64,000 bases of DNA from Gemmatimonadales bacterium. GTDB lineage: Bacteria; Gemmatimonadota; Gemmatimonadetes; Gemmatimonadales; GWC2-71-9. A model generated the notes under the pieces. It saw only the letters and a list, made by a program, of their open reading frames with translations. It was not told the origin of the DNA and ran no database searches. This document shows, piece after piece, positions 9,778-19,205 of this stretch (positions are counted from its first letter, which is position 1; every line of letters begins with the position of its first letter). A program made the position numbers and the translations under genes. Where the stretch lies: the NCBI GenBank assembly GCA_965249575.1, contig OZ252244.1:1728001-1792000 (forward strand), in the 5' to 3' direction.

Positions 9778-11400
9778 TTAGACCTCTATCGTCTCCGGCC
9801 TCCCGATCACCGTCCCCATGTCCTTCGCCGCGCGCCAATCGATCTCGCTGACGCAGCGGTTACCGGACTCGAGCGCCCCATTCATGTAGGCGTGCCAGCG
9901 CGAGGTGTGCTCGCCGGCGAAATGCACCCGGCCCTCGGGCCTGATCAACTCCGGCATGTGGGTGCTCATCTGCCCGGTCTCGTAGACGCAGTACGCCCCA
10001 CGGTTCCATGGTTCCTTGTCCCAGTCCCAGATCAGGTGGCTCTCGACGTGTTTGCGGATGTTGGGGCTGAACAGGCTAATGCGGTCGAGCGTCAGCTCGC
10101 GCTGCTTCTGCTCGCTGAGCACGCCGATCTCCTGCGCGCCGGGAGCGCTGGTGTACGTCCTCAGGACGCCTCGGACCATCCTCTGATTTGAGGTGATGTT
10201 CCCGATGCTCCCCATCGGGAGGTCGGTCACCGCACTCCCGTTCCACCCCTCCTCCTCCCAGTACCGGTTACGGCACTGCAAAAACACCTTGTGATTCGAG
10301 CAGAACGGCACCTCTTTGATGGCCCGCGCCTTCTTCTCGGGGAACGCCGGGTTGGTCTCGACGAGTCGTAACATCGGCAACGGCAGCGCGCACACGACGT
10401 AATCGCACGGGATGGTCTGCGGCACGCCACCCTGCAGGTACACGACCCGCGCCTGATCGTCGTCCTGCTCGATCCGCGTCACCGGCGCCCCGTACCGAAT
10501 GATGCGCGCCATCCTACTGGCGAACGCCTTGGGGAACTGGTCGTTCCCCCCGATGATGCGGAACCGGTGGCCCGACCTCAGACCGACGGCCTCGTCGTTC
10601 AGGATGTACAGCGGGGACATCCGCTCCAACGAGTTGCCGTCGTAGTAGATGTCGAGGTGCAGACCCAAGTACTGGACGAACTGTTCCGGCGCCCCTCGGC
10701 TGCGCAGATACTCGCCCACGGGGACCTGGTCCAGGTCCTTCAGGTCTTCCATCTCTGGCAGGTCCGTGTCCCGGTACCGGTCCACATGTTCTCGGCCGAA
10801 CTGCCGCGCGACGCCATCGATGAAGAACAGTCCACCGTAGGAACCGACCTTCTTGAAAGCGGCGAGATCGTCGGCGGTGAAGCCATAAGGGAGTATGGAG
10901 GGGTCCGCCGCCACGGCAGAACCCCGATACGTTTGACCCTTCAGGTGATAGAGACTGGAGAGGCCCCTCGGTGCAAAGTTGCCTAGCCCCGGGAACAGCG
11001 GCTGGAGCGGCATGTCGAACTCGAGACAGTAGCGCACCGTGTATTGATGAGTCACGTAGAAGGTCATCGCGCCGGCCTCCACCTTCATGCCGTCGCTCAG
11101 GCCTTCCCTGAGCGTGCACACGCGCCCGCCCGGTCGGTTCCGGGCTTCGAGGAGGGTCACGTCGTGTCCTTTGTTGTGCAGCTCGAAGGCGGCACTCAGA
11201 CCGGCTAGGCCACCTCCGACCACGACGACCCTCCGCGGGTTCTGCGTCGGCGAGCGCCGAATCGGCTCGATGCCGTCGAAGTGGCGGGATTGGGCCAGCA
11301 GCCGTGAAACCGAACCCAGCCCGGCCACCCCCGCGATCGGCCCTGTCAACAGAGCGGTGAGAAACCCGCGTCGATTCCAGTAGTCGTAACCCATCATCAT
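9778..11400 (-). CDS. Tat-signal flavin monoamine/L-amino-acid oxidase family protein, copy 1
   Basis: NRRGFL twin-arginine motif; GGGLAGL, EARNRPGGR and FAGEHTS...MNGALESG motifs. Confidence 0.88.
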   Translation of the reverse strand: MMMGYDYWNRRGFLTALLTGPIAGVAGLGSVSRLLAQSRHFDGIEPIRRSPTQNPRRVVVVGGGLAGLSAAFELHNKGHDVTLLEARNRPGGRVCTLREGLSDGMKVEAGAMTFYVTHQYTVRYCLEFDMPLQPLFPGLGNFAPRGLSSLYHLKGQTYRGSAVAADPSILPYGFTADDLAAFKKVGSYGGLFFIDGVARQFGREHVDRYRDTDLPEMEDLKDLDQVPVGEYLRSRGAPEQFVQYLGLHLDIYYDGNSLERMSPLYILNDEAVGLRSGHRFRIIGGNDQFPKAFASRMARIIRYGAPVTRIEQDDDQARVVYLQGGVPQTIPCDYVVCALPLPMLRLVETNPAFPEKKARAIKEVPFCSNHKVFLQCRNRYWEEEGWNGSAVTDLPMGSIGNITSNQRMVRGVLRTYTSAPGAQEIGVLSEQKQRELTLDRISLFSPNIRKHVESHLIWDWDKEPWNRGAYCVYETGQMSTHMPELIRPEGRVHFAGEHTSRWHAYMNGALESGNRCVSEIDWRAAKDMGTVIGRPETIEV

Positions 11401-11521
11401 CTCTCCCAAGAGTGGAACTGTGACGAGTCCCCTCTACGCCTCTCCGCCGAGTGAGGAGCAGGGAGGCGTCCTTCCGCCAGCCCAACCGCGGGCGGTGGAG
11501 AGGCAGGGCCTCCTCACTTCA

Positions 11522-13138
11522 TCAAACGTCAATTATCTCTCTCCGCCTGATCACCGACCCGATGTCCTTCGCGGCACGCCGTTCGATCTCCCTAACGCAC
11601 CGGTTGCCGGATTCGAGCGCGCCGTTCATGTAGGCATGCCAGCGGGACGTGTGCTCGCCTGCGAAGTGCACCCGGCCCTCGGGCCGGATCAACTCGGGCA
11701 TGTGGGTGCTCATCTGCCCGGTCTCGTAGACGACGTAGGCGCCGCGGTTCCAGAGCTCCTTGTCCCAATCCCAAATCAGGTGGTTCTCCACGTGCTTCCG
11801 GATGTTGGGGCTGAACCGGCTGATCTGATCCAGCACGACCTCCCGCTGCTTCTGACTGCTCAAGGAGCCGATCTCCTGGGCACCCGGCTTGCCAGCATAG
11901 GTGCGTAGCACCCCTCGAACCGTCCGCTGGTTCGAGGTGTTGTGACCCAAGCTGCCCATGGGAAGGTCGGTCGACGCGCTCCCGCTCCACCCCTCTTCCT
12001 CCCAATACCGCTTGCGACACTGGAGAAACACCTTGTGATTCGAGCAGAAGGGCACCTCCCTGATGGCCCGCGCCTTCTTCTCGGGAAACGCCGGGCTCGT
12101 CTCGACGAGCCGCAACATCGGGAGCGGTAGCGCACAGACGACGTAGTCGCACGAGAGGGTCTCGGGAACACCCCCCTGCTGATAGACGACGCGCGCCGCG
12201 GAGCCATCCTGTTCGATCCGCGTCACTGGCGACCCGTATCGAATGATGCCGGACATTCGCTCCGCAAATGCCTTCGGGAACTGGTCGTTGCCCCCGATGA
12301 TCCGAAAGCGGTGACCGGACCGAAGCCCGACTGCCTCGTCGTTGATGATGTAGAGAGGGGAGATCCTCTCGAGAGCGTTCCCGTCGTACAGGCCGTCGAG
12401 GGACCTGCCGAAGAAGTCCACGAACCTTTCCGGCGCCCCCCTGCTCCGGAGATACTCGCCCACGGGGACCTGGTCCAGGTCCTTCAAGTCCTCCATCTCG
12501 GCCAGGTCGGTGTCCCGATAGCGATCGACGTGATCCCTGCCGAACTTTCCGGCAGTACGATCGATGAAGGACAGCCCACCAACGGAGCCGAGCTCCTTGA
12601 AGACGGCGAGATCCTCGGCGGTGAACCCGTAGGGCAGAATCGAAGGATCGGCCCGCACGGCGGAGCCCTGATAGGATTGCCCCTTCAAATAGTAGATGCT
12701 GGAGAGGCCCCTCGGGCCGAAGTCCCCGAGCCCCGGGAACAACGGTTGGAGCGGAAGATCGAACTCGAGGCAGTACCGCACCGAGTACTGGTGAGTAGCG
12801 TAGAACACCATCGCGCCCGCCTCGGCCTTCATGCCGTCGCTCAACCCCTCCCGGAGCGTACACACTCGCCCCCCAGGTCGATTCCGCGCTTCCAGCACGG
12901 TGACGTCGTGCCCGCGATTACGCAGCTCGTAGGCGGCGCTCAAACCCGCGAGGCCCCCACCGACTACGATCACTCTCCGCGCGTTCTGGGTGCGACTACG
13001 ACGGATCGGCCCAGCGTCGTCGAAGTGGCGGGACTGGGCCAACAACCGTGAAACCGATGCCAGTCCCGTTGCCCCTGCGATAGGCCCCGTCAGCAGCGCG
13101 GTCAGAAACCCGCGCCGATTCCAGTAGTCATTCCACAT
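11522..13138 (-). CDS. Tat-signal flavin monoamine/L-amino-acid oxidase family protein, copy 2
   Basis: Same motifs as copy 1; collinear close paralog. Confidence 0.88.
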   Translation of the reverse strand: MWNDYWNRRGFLTALLTGPIAGATGLASVSRLLAQSRHFDDAGPIRRSRTQNARRVIVVGGGLAGLSAAYELRNRGHDVTVLEARNRPGGRVCTLREGLSDGMKAEAGAMVFYATHQYSVRYCLEFDLPLQPLFPGLGDFGPRGLSSIYYLKGQSYQGSAVRADPSILPYGFTAEDLAVFKELGSVGGLSFIDRTAGKFGRDHVDRYRDTDLAEMEDLKDLDQVPVGEYLRSRGAPERFVDFFGRSLDGLYDGNALERISPLYIINDEAVGLRSGHRFRIIGGNDQFPKAFAERMSGIIRYGSPVTRIEQDGSAARVVYQQGGVPETLSCDYVVCALPLPMLRLVETSPAFPEKKARAIREVPFCSNHKVFLQCRKRYWEEEGWSGSASTDLPMGSLGHNTSNQRTVRGVLRTYAGKPGAQEIGSLSSQKQREVVLDQISRFSPNIRKHVENHLIWDWDKELWNRGAYVVYETGQMSTHMPELIRPEGRVHFAGEHTSRWHAYMNGALESGNRCVREIERRAAKDIGSVIRRREIIDV

Positions 13139-13185
13139 CGGTCATCTCTCCGAGAGGTGTGTATGCGGCGATCGCCGTCCTTGCC

Positions 13186-13683
13186 TCAGCTTCCGGGCTC
13201 GGGCGGCCGCGCCGAGGTGTGATCGTGCACCATCTGCCAACGGTCATCGCGCCAGTGGAATACGTACGTCGCGCGATATGTTCGCTCGTAGGCTCGCCCG
13301 CCGCGGGTTCCGTCGTGGTCGTACAGGAACGAGACGATTCCCACGTCATCGTACACCTGGATGTGCCAGTCGCGCTCTTCCCACCGGGTCGTGTTGCGGT
13401 TGGCCACACCGCCGCGGAGGCTCTCCATCATGGGAGCCTTGCCGATGCGAAGTTCGCGCGCACTGGGCCCGAACGTCGCGACATCCTCGGCGATGTGCGG
13501 CTCGATGGGGTCGATCACCTTGTTGGCGAAGTTCTCATTGATCGTGACCTCCGAGACTTCCCGAAGTTCCGCCTGGGCTCGCTCGATATCCTGCTCCCTG
13601 GTCGCAGCCTGTTGAGCGGCACAGGAAGCGAGGCCAACGGCGAGCAAGATGCAGACTACCAAGTCAGCGGCATGCGGTCTCAT
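13186..13683 (-). CDS. NTF2/SnoaL-like (DUF4440-type) lipoprotein
   Basis: LASC lipobox; C-terminal RATYVF...WQMVHDHTS. Confidence 0.75.
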   Translation of the reverse strand: MRPHAADLVVCILLAVGLASCAAQQAATREQDIERAQAELREVSEVTINENFANKVIDPIEPHIAEDVATFGPSARELRIGKAPMMESLRGGVANRNTTRWEERDWHIQVYDDVGIVSFLYDHDGTRGGRAYERTYRATYVFHWRDDRWQMVHDHTSARPPEPGS

Positions 13684-13733
13684 TGGTTGCTCCTTCGCGA
13701 GTCGATCGCCTCGCAGTGCGGATCATGGCCGGT

Positions 13734-14795
13734 TCACATTCTCAGCTCGGTGGAGAGGTTCCATTTGCGCGCGGCGTTGAGCCCGAGGATTCCGGCGATG
13801 TCCCCGTCGGTGAGGCGCTCGTAATGCATCCGATCGGCCCACAGATTGATGTTGAGAATCTGGCCGACGTTCATTCCGGGGTCGCAGATGCTGTGCTCGC
13901 TGCCGAAAAGCACCTTGTCGATTCCCCCGACATCCCGGGCGAGGCCGAGCATGGCGATCAGTTGTTGTGGTGGATATGTACACCACGAGGAGAAGTCGAG
14001 CGAGAAGTTGTTGTGCTTTGCGGCGACCAGCACCGCCTCTCTCCACAGGTGTGGACCACCAGCGTGCGCGAGCAGCACCTTCAGCTCCGGATAGCGCCTA
14101 CCCACCTTGTCAATCGCCGCGAGCTGAATGTTGGCCCACTTGATCGGCATGGACGGAAGCGGCGCCCATCCGGTGTGGTAGATGATCTGGATGTCGTGCT
14201 CGATGGCACTCTCGTACAGCGACCACACCCTCTCGTCGTAAGGCTCGTACCGGTCGTACGGGGATGAGAGCTTGATTGCCCTGAACCCCAGCCCAGCGAT
14301 GTGCTTGACGAACGCCGGCGACCGCCAGGGCTGTTCGATGGGATCGTAGCGAGAAACCGCGACCAGCCGGCCGGGATACTTGGCTACCTGCTCGGCCCCG
14401 AACTCGTCGGGGGTTGGCGCTCCCGGGCGCCTGCGCCTTCCGCCGCCCACCATAACGAAGGAGACATCTACACCTCCTTCGTCCATTCGCTGGATGATCT
14501 GCTCCGGCAGATAGGAGTACTTCTTCGGATTGATGTGCCGGTTGCCGTCGCCGTCATACTGCGCCTTGAACGACTTGAAGAGTAGATCGGTGCGCGCGCT
14601 CGCTCCCGGATCCTGTCTCCTGGGGGGCGCGCTCATGTGTACGTGTACGTCGATCACGAGTGGCCGCCCCTGACGGCCGGCCGCGACCGCCGGCGCGCCG
14701 CCGGTGCCGCACGCGCTACTCGCGCCGAGTCCGGGCACCGGTGTCGCATTTTCCCACGGGCTCTTCGTCGTGTACATGCGGTTGTCGTCGGTCAT
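13734..14795 (-). CDS. Amidohydrolase_2 family protein
   Basis: IDVHVH, YHTG, LAHAGG, VLFGSE and ILGLNA motifs. Confidence 0.85.
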   Translation of the reverse strand: MTDDNRMYTTKSPWENATPVPGLGASSACGTGGAPAVAAGRQGRPLVIDVHVHMSAPPRRQDPGASARTDLLFKSFKAQYDGDGNRHINPKKYSYLPEQIIQRMDEGGVDVSFVMVGGGRRRRPGAPTPDEFGAEQVAKYPGRLVAVSRYDPIEQPWRSPAFVKHIAGLGFRAIKLSSPYDRYEPYDERVWSLYESAIEHDIQIIYHTGWAPLPSMPIKWANIQLAAIDKVGRRYPELKVLLAHAGGPHLWREAVLVAAKHNNFSLDFSSWCTYPPQQLIAMLGLARDVGGIDKVLFGSEHSICDPGMNVGQILNINLWADRMHYERLTDGDIAGILGLNAARKWNLSTELRM

Positions 14796-14841
14796 TGCGC
14801 ACCTCTCGCCAAGTGGCTCGACTGCCTCGACCGGGTACCCA

Positions 14842-15915
14842 TCACATCCTCAACGCTGTTGAGAGATTCCACTTGGCCGCCGCGTTGAGTCCCAGGATCC
14901 TGCGGATCTCCTCGTCTGTGAAGGGCGCGTAGTAGAACCGCTCCGCCCAGAGATTCAGGTTGCGTATCTGCGCCACCATCATCGCGGGATCACAAACGCT
15001 GTGCTCGCTCCCGAACATCACCTTCTCGATGCCCCCGACGTCACGCGCGAGGCCGATCATGGCAATCAGCTGCTGCGGCGGGTAGGCACCCCACGAGGAG
15101 AAGTCGAGCGAGAAGTTGTCGTGCTTGGCGGTCACCAGGACCGCCTCCTGCCACTGGTGCGGACCGCCGGCGTGGGCCAGATGCACCTTGAGGTCCGGGA
15201 AGCGGGCACCCAGCTCGTCTACTCCCTCGAGCTCAATGTTGGCCCAGTAGATCGGCGCCGCGGCCACCGGCGGCCACCCGGTGTGGAACGTCACCGAGAT
15301 GTCGCGCTCGCTGGCCCGCTTGTAGAACGGCCAGATCTTGTCGTTGTAAGGATTGTATTGCTCGTAAGGGGCCAACAGCTTTACCGCCTTGAAGCCCATG
15401 TCGGCAACCATGTCGACGAAGTCCCTATGCCGGTACGGCTCGTATAGCGGATCGTACGTCGGCATGCCGACCAGGCGGCCCGGATACTTCTCGATCTGCT
15501 GGGCGATGAAGTCGTAGCTGTCGGCTCGGCCCGGCCCCCGCCGCCTGCTTCCACCCATCATCACGAACGACACGTCGACGGCCGCGTCATTCATCCTCTC
15601 GATGATTTCCTCGGGGAGATACGTGTACCGCTTCGGGTTCACGTGACGCTTGCCGTCACCGTCGTACTGTGCCTTGAATGGCTTGAACAGCACGTCGCGA
15701 TAGGCAGTCTCCACCGGGGGCTGGCTCATGTGCACGTGGAGGTCGATCACGAGCGGCCTGCCCTGCTCGCTCAACGGTTTCCTTTGAGCGCCGCCAGCGG
15801 CGGCGGCGGCGCCCTTCGGTTGGGCAGAGGCAACTCCGGTGCCGAGCAGTGAGGCGCCCCCGGCAAGCATCAACGAGCTGCCCATGAATTCACGGCGGTC
15901 CATTCTGTCTTTCAT
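14842..15915 (-). CDS. Tat-signal amidohydrolase_2 family protein
   Basis: DRREFM twin-arginine motif; IDLHVH, FHTG, LAHAGG and MFGSE motifs. Confidence 0.87.
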   Translation of the reverse strand: MKDRMDRREFMGSSLMLAGGASLLGTGVASAQPKGAAAAAGGAQRKPLSEQGRPLVIDLHVHMSQPPVETAYRDVLFKPFKAQYDGDGKRHVNPKRYTYLPEEIIERMNDAAVDVSFVMMGGSRRRGPGRADSYDFIAQQIEKYPGRLVGMPTYDPLYEPYRHRDFVDMVADMGFKAVKLLAPYEQYNPYNDKIWPFYKRASERDISVTFHTGWPPVAAAPIYWANIELEGVDELGARFPDLKVHLAHAGGPHQWQEAVLVTAKHDNFSLDFSSWGAYPPQQLIAMIGLARDVGGIEKVMFGSEHSVCDPAMMVAQIRNLNLWAERFYYAPFTDEEIRRILGLNAAAKWNLSTALRM

Positions 15916-15985
15916 CCGTCCCTCCCCGAGCGTGCTGCGTCAGAGCGTGAGTGCGGAGAACGAAGCGTCATAGACTAGCTGGATC

Positions 15986-16555
15986 TCAAGCCCCTGGTTC
16001 GGGCGGCAGGGCCGAGGTGTGATCGTGCACCAACTGCCATCGGCCGTCCCGCCGATTGAAGACGTACGTCGCGCGCTGGGTCCGCGCGTAGTCCTGTCCG
16101 GCTCTGCTGCCCTCGTGGTCGTAGAGAAACGACACGATCCCGATGTCGCCATAGACCTGGATGTGCCAGTCCCACTCCTCCCACTTGGTTGTCGTCTTCG
16201 CGGCGGCGCCGGCCCGAAGACCCTCGATCATGGGTGCCTTGCCCACGCGCAGCTCCCGACCGGTGGGCCCGAACACCGACACCTCTTCCCCGATGTACGG
16301 CTCGAACGGATCGACCCGGTTCTCGGCAAAGTTCTGGTTGATGGTGATCTCCGAAATCTCGCGCAGCTCCGCCTGAGCCTCTTCCGTGCTCTGCTGCTCC
16401 TGTTGAGCGGCGCATGCCGTGAGACCCGCGAGGGCGCCAGCGACCAAAACCCAGTAGTGAGGAGGCCCCACCGCACCACGGCCCCGCCGAGTGAGGAGGG
16501 CGGAGGCTGCTCGCGATGGAAGTCCAGACACGTTCAACCAACTATGCCGTCTCAT
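15986..16555 (-). CDS. NTF2/SnoaL-like lipoprotein, paralog of 13186..13683
   Basis: LTAC lipobox; shares AQAELRE.SE.TIN.NFA and WHIQVY.D.GIVSFLYDH blocks with the paralog. Confidence 0.75.
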   Translation of the reverse strand: MRRHSWLNVSGLPSRAASALLTRRGRGAVGPPHYWVLVAGALAGLTACAAQQEQQSTEEAQAELREISEITINQNFAENRVDPFEPYIGEEVSVFGPTGRELRVGKAPMIEGLRAGAAAKTTTKWEEWDWHIQVYGDIGIVSFLYDHEGSRAGQDYARTQRATYVFNRRDGRWQLVHDHTSALPPEPGA

Positions 16556-16566
16556 CGATCGCTCCT

Positions 16567-17595
16567 CTAGTTCACGAAGATGTTTTTCGGCAGCATGGCA
16601 TGGATCCCGAGCGTGCCGTCCACGAGCTGCGAGATCCTGGTGTCGGTCGTCATGCTGATCAACATGTACGCGTCGTCCCGGTTCAGTCCCTTCTCGGTCA
16701 CCAGGTAGTCGATCATCTCGCGCAGGGCCAGCTTGATCGCGATGTTCAGATCCCGATCGAGGCCCATCGTCATGTAGTGGGTCGGCGTCTCCGCGCGCGG
16801 CCAGCGGAGCTTCATGTCTTTCCGCACGATGATCTCGAACCTGCCGGTCAGCGCCGATTCTACGGCGGTCCCCGCGATCTCTCCATCACCTTGCGCGGAG
16901 TGTCCGTCGCCAAAAGAGAACAACGCGCCAGGAACGTGCACTGGCATGTAGAGCGTGGTACCGGCGACCAGCTCCTTGTTGTCGAGGTTCCCGGTGTGCA
17001 CTCCCGGAGGTCCGCTGCTCACCCGGCCGCTCCTGGGCGGGGGCGCGACGCCCATGCTGCCGAAAAACGGCGCCAGGGGAATGTGGATCTCGTCCGAGAA
17101 GATCGCCTTGTTGTTGGCCAGGTCGAGCGGAATCACCTTGGTCCGGGCGTACGGGAAGTCCTCCGGAAGGGTACCGCCACCGGGGCTAAAGACGTTGACC
17201 GCGAAGTCTCCCGCGGGCTGCACGTCGAGGATCCGGACTTCGAGCACGTCACCGGGCTCCGCGCCGTTCACGTAGATCGGACCCACCAGCAGATGGGGAC
17301 CGGGTCCCCGGAGCTCCACGGCATCCATGGCGTGCATCTCAGGCGTGAGCCACTTGTCCTGCACGCCGAGGCGCGAGAGAAAGCCCGCACTGTGCAGCAT
17401 CGTCTCCACGTCTACCGTCTCGCCGGAGTTGATCGTCAGGACGGGCGGCGCGTCGGCCCAGTAGTAGCCCCACTCCACTGTCTCGGGTGTCGCCTTGAGC
17501 TGGTGGTCCGCAGCTTGGGCATGGAGCGCGGCCGGAGAGAGGACTACGGAAACACTGACGAGAAGAGTCCAAGCGATGCGCACGTTCGAAATCAT
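16567..17595 (-). CDS. Acetamidase/formamidase family protein with signal peptide
   Basis: HLLVGPIYVNGAEPGD, GNLDNKEL and GDGHSAQGDGE motifs. Confidence 0.9.
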   Translation of the reverse strand: MISNVRIAWTLLVSVSVVLSPAALHAQAADHQLKATPETVEWGYYWADAPPVLTINSGETVDVETMLHSAGFLSRLGVQDKWLTPEMHAMDAVELRGPGPHLLVGPIYVNGAEPGDVLEVRILDVQPAGDFAVNVFSPGGGTLPEDFPYARTKVIPLDLANNKAIFSDEIHIPLAPFFGSMGVAPPPRSGRVSSGPPGVHTGNLDNKELVAGTTLYMPVHVPGALFSFGDGHSAQGDGEIAGTAVESALTGRFEIIVRKDMKLRWPRAETPTHYMTMGLDRDLNIAIKLALREMIDYLVTEKGLNRDDAYMLISMTTDTRISQLVDGTLGIHAMLPKNIFVN

Positions 17596-17967
17596 GTGAG
17601 TCTCCTAGGGTGAGGAGTCCCGGCCACCCACCGGCCCCACCGAGTGAGGAGTGAGGAGGGTCGATCTTCGCGCGTGTAGTTTGGTAGCGAGCGGGGGGAA
17701 CGTACGGGCGGGGAGGGGAGGCAGCAACCCTTCCCCAACCCCCACCCGCGAGGAGTCCCTCCACTCCTCCCCTCCCTAGCAAGGAGTAAGGAAGCTCCCA
17801 TGCCATTCCCGGAATAGCGAGGCGGCGGCGCCTCCTTACTGCTCACTCCTCACTCGGGGCGGCGAGTGGGGTGGCGACTTCCTCCGGCTTGCCTTTCCCA
17901 TCACCGGCCTGCAGAATCACTCGCCCGACACCGTCCCTCCACCCTTCCGGAGAAGTCGATCGTGAAA

Positions 17968-19068
17968 ATGCCAAGGACGCGCCGCTTATCACCTGAGCGG
18001 CCGAGCCTCGAGCCGAGTCGCCGAGAGTTCGTTCATGCCGCTCTGTTGGGGGCTGGTATGGCCATGGGGTTTCCGGCCAACGGTTGGGCTCGCCGACTGA
18101 GTAGCCAGGCGAAGCCGTTCGTGATGGACGTGCACGTACACCTCGTGACACCGATGCCCGACCCGAACATGATGACGTACCTGCGCGAGATGGTCGCCGA
18201 GATCTACGCGCCGTGGGATCACGTGTACGACGGCGACGGCAATCGGGTGCGGCGCATCCCCATCAGCACGCCGAACGCGACCGAGCTGATCGGCATGATG
18301 GACCGCTGGGGCGTGGACGTGTCGGTCATCATGCCGTTCGACATCCGGCGGGTGGCGGCGAAGCGCCAGAAGGCCCGGCAGGTCTATGCAAGCACGAACG
18401 ATCAGGTCGCCGAAGCCGTGCGGCAGTACCCCGACCGTCTGATCGGCATCGCCGGGCACGACCCGCTGCGGGACGAGTGGAAGGCGGACATCGAGCTCGA
18501 GCGCGCGGTGAAGGAGCTGGGGTTGAGCAGCATGAAGCTGTATCCGATCTACCATCACTACGACCCGTACGACGAGCGGCTGTTCCCGCTGTACGAAAAG
18601 GCGGTGGAGCTGGACGTGCCGCTCACGTTTCACACCGGGTGGACGCCGCTTCGATCGGCCCCCCTCCGGTTCGCCAACCCGGAGTCGATCGATCGCGTAG
18701 GCGACCGGTACCCGGAGCTTCGGGCGAACCTCGCGCACGCCGGCGGCCCGAGCTACTGGCGCGAGGCGATCACGGTGGTGGCGCGGCGCCCGAACTTCGT
18801 GCTCGATATCTCGTCCTGGTGCGGGTACCCGCCGCGGATGCTGGTTGAGCTACTCGACCTGGCGCGCCAACTGGTGGGGATCGACCGCATCTTGTTCGGC
18901 ACCGAGCACACGCTGTGCGATCCCGGCCACATGATCCGTGAGGTGCAGAACATCAACACGTTCGCGGAGCGGTACGGACCCGAGTCGTTCACGACGGCGG
19001 ACATCGAGAAGATCTTGGGGTTGAACGCCGCGCGGTTTTACCGGTGGCCGTTGGAGGGGCGCGGTTAG
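17968..19068 (+). CDS. Tat-signal amidohydrolase_2 family protein
   Basis: SRREFV; MDVHVH, FHTGW, LAHAGG and LFGTE motifs; shares YDGDG with the other copies. Confidence 0.85.
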   Translation: MPRTRRLSPERPSLEPSRREFVHAALLGAGMAMGFPANGWARRLSSQAKPFVMDVHVHLVTPMPDPNMMTYLREMVAEIYAPWDHVYDGDGNRVRRIPISTPNATELIGMMDRWGVDVSVIMPFDIRRVAAKRQKARQVYASTNDQVAEAVRQYPDRLIGIAGHDPLRDEWKADIELERAVKELGLSSMKLYPIYHHYDPYDERLFPLYEKAVELDVPLTFHTGWTPLRSAPLRFANPESIDRVGDRYPELRANLAHAGGPSYWREAITVVARRPNFVLDISSWCGYPPRMLVELLDLARQLVGIDRILFGTEHTLCDPGHMIREVQNINTFAERYGPESFTTADIEKILGLNAARFYRWPLEGRG

Positions 19069-19205
19069 CGAGTGTTGAGCGGTAGCGCGGGGCGACGCGC
19101 CCTGCGGAAGTACCAGCCTCGCGCAGCAGCGGCACTGTCGAGTGACCCGCCACCATGGGACGATTGGGCCACCGTCCAATTACAAGCGGCCCTGGAGCAA
19201 CTGAC

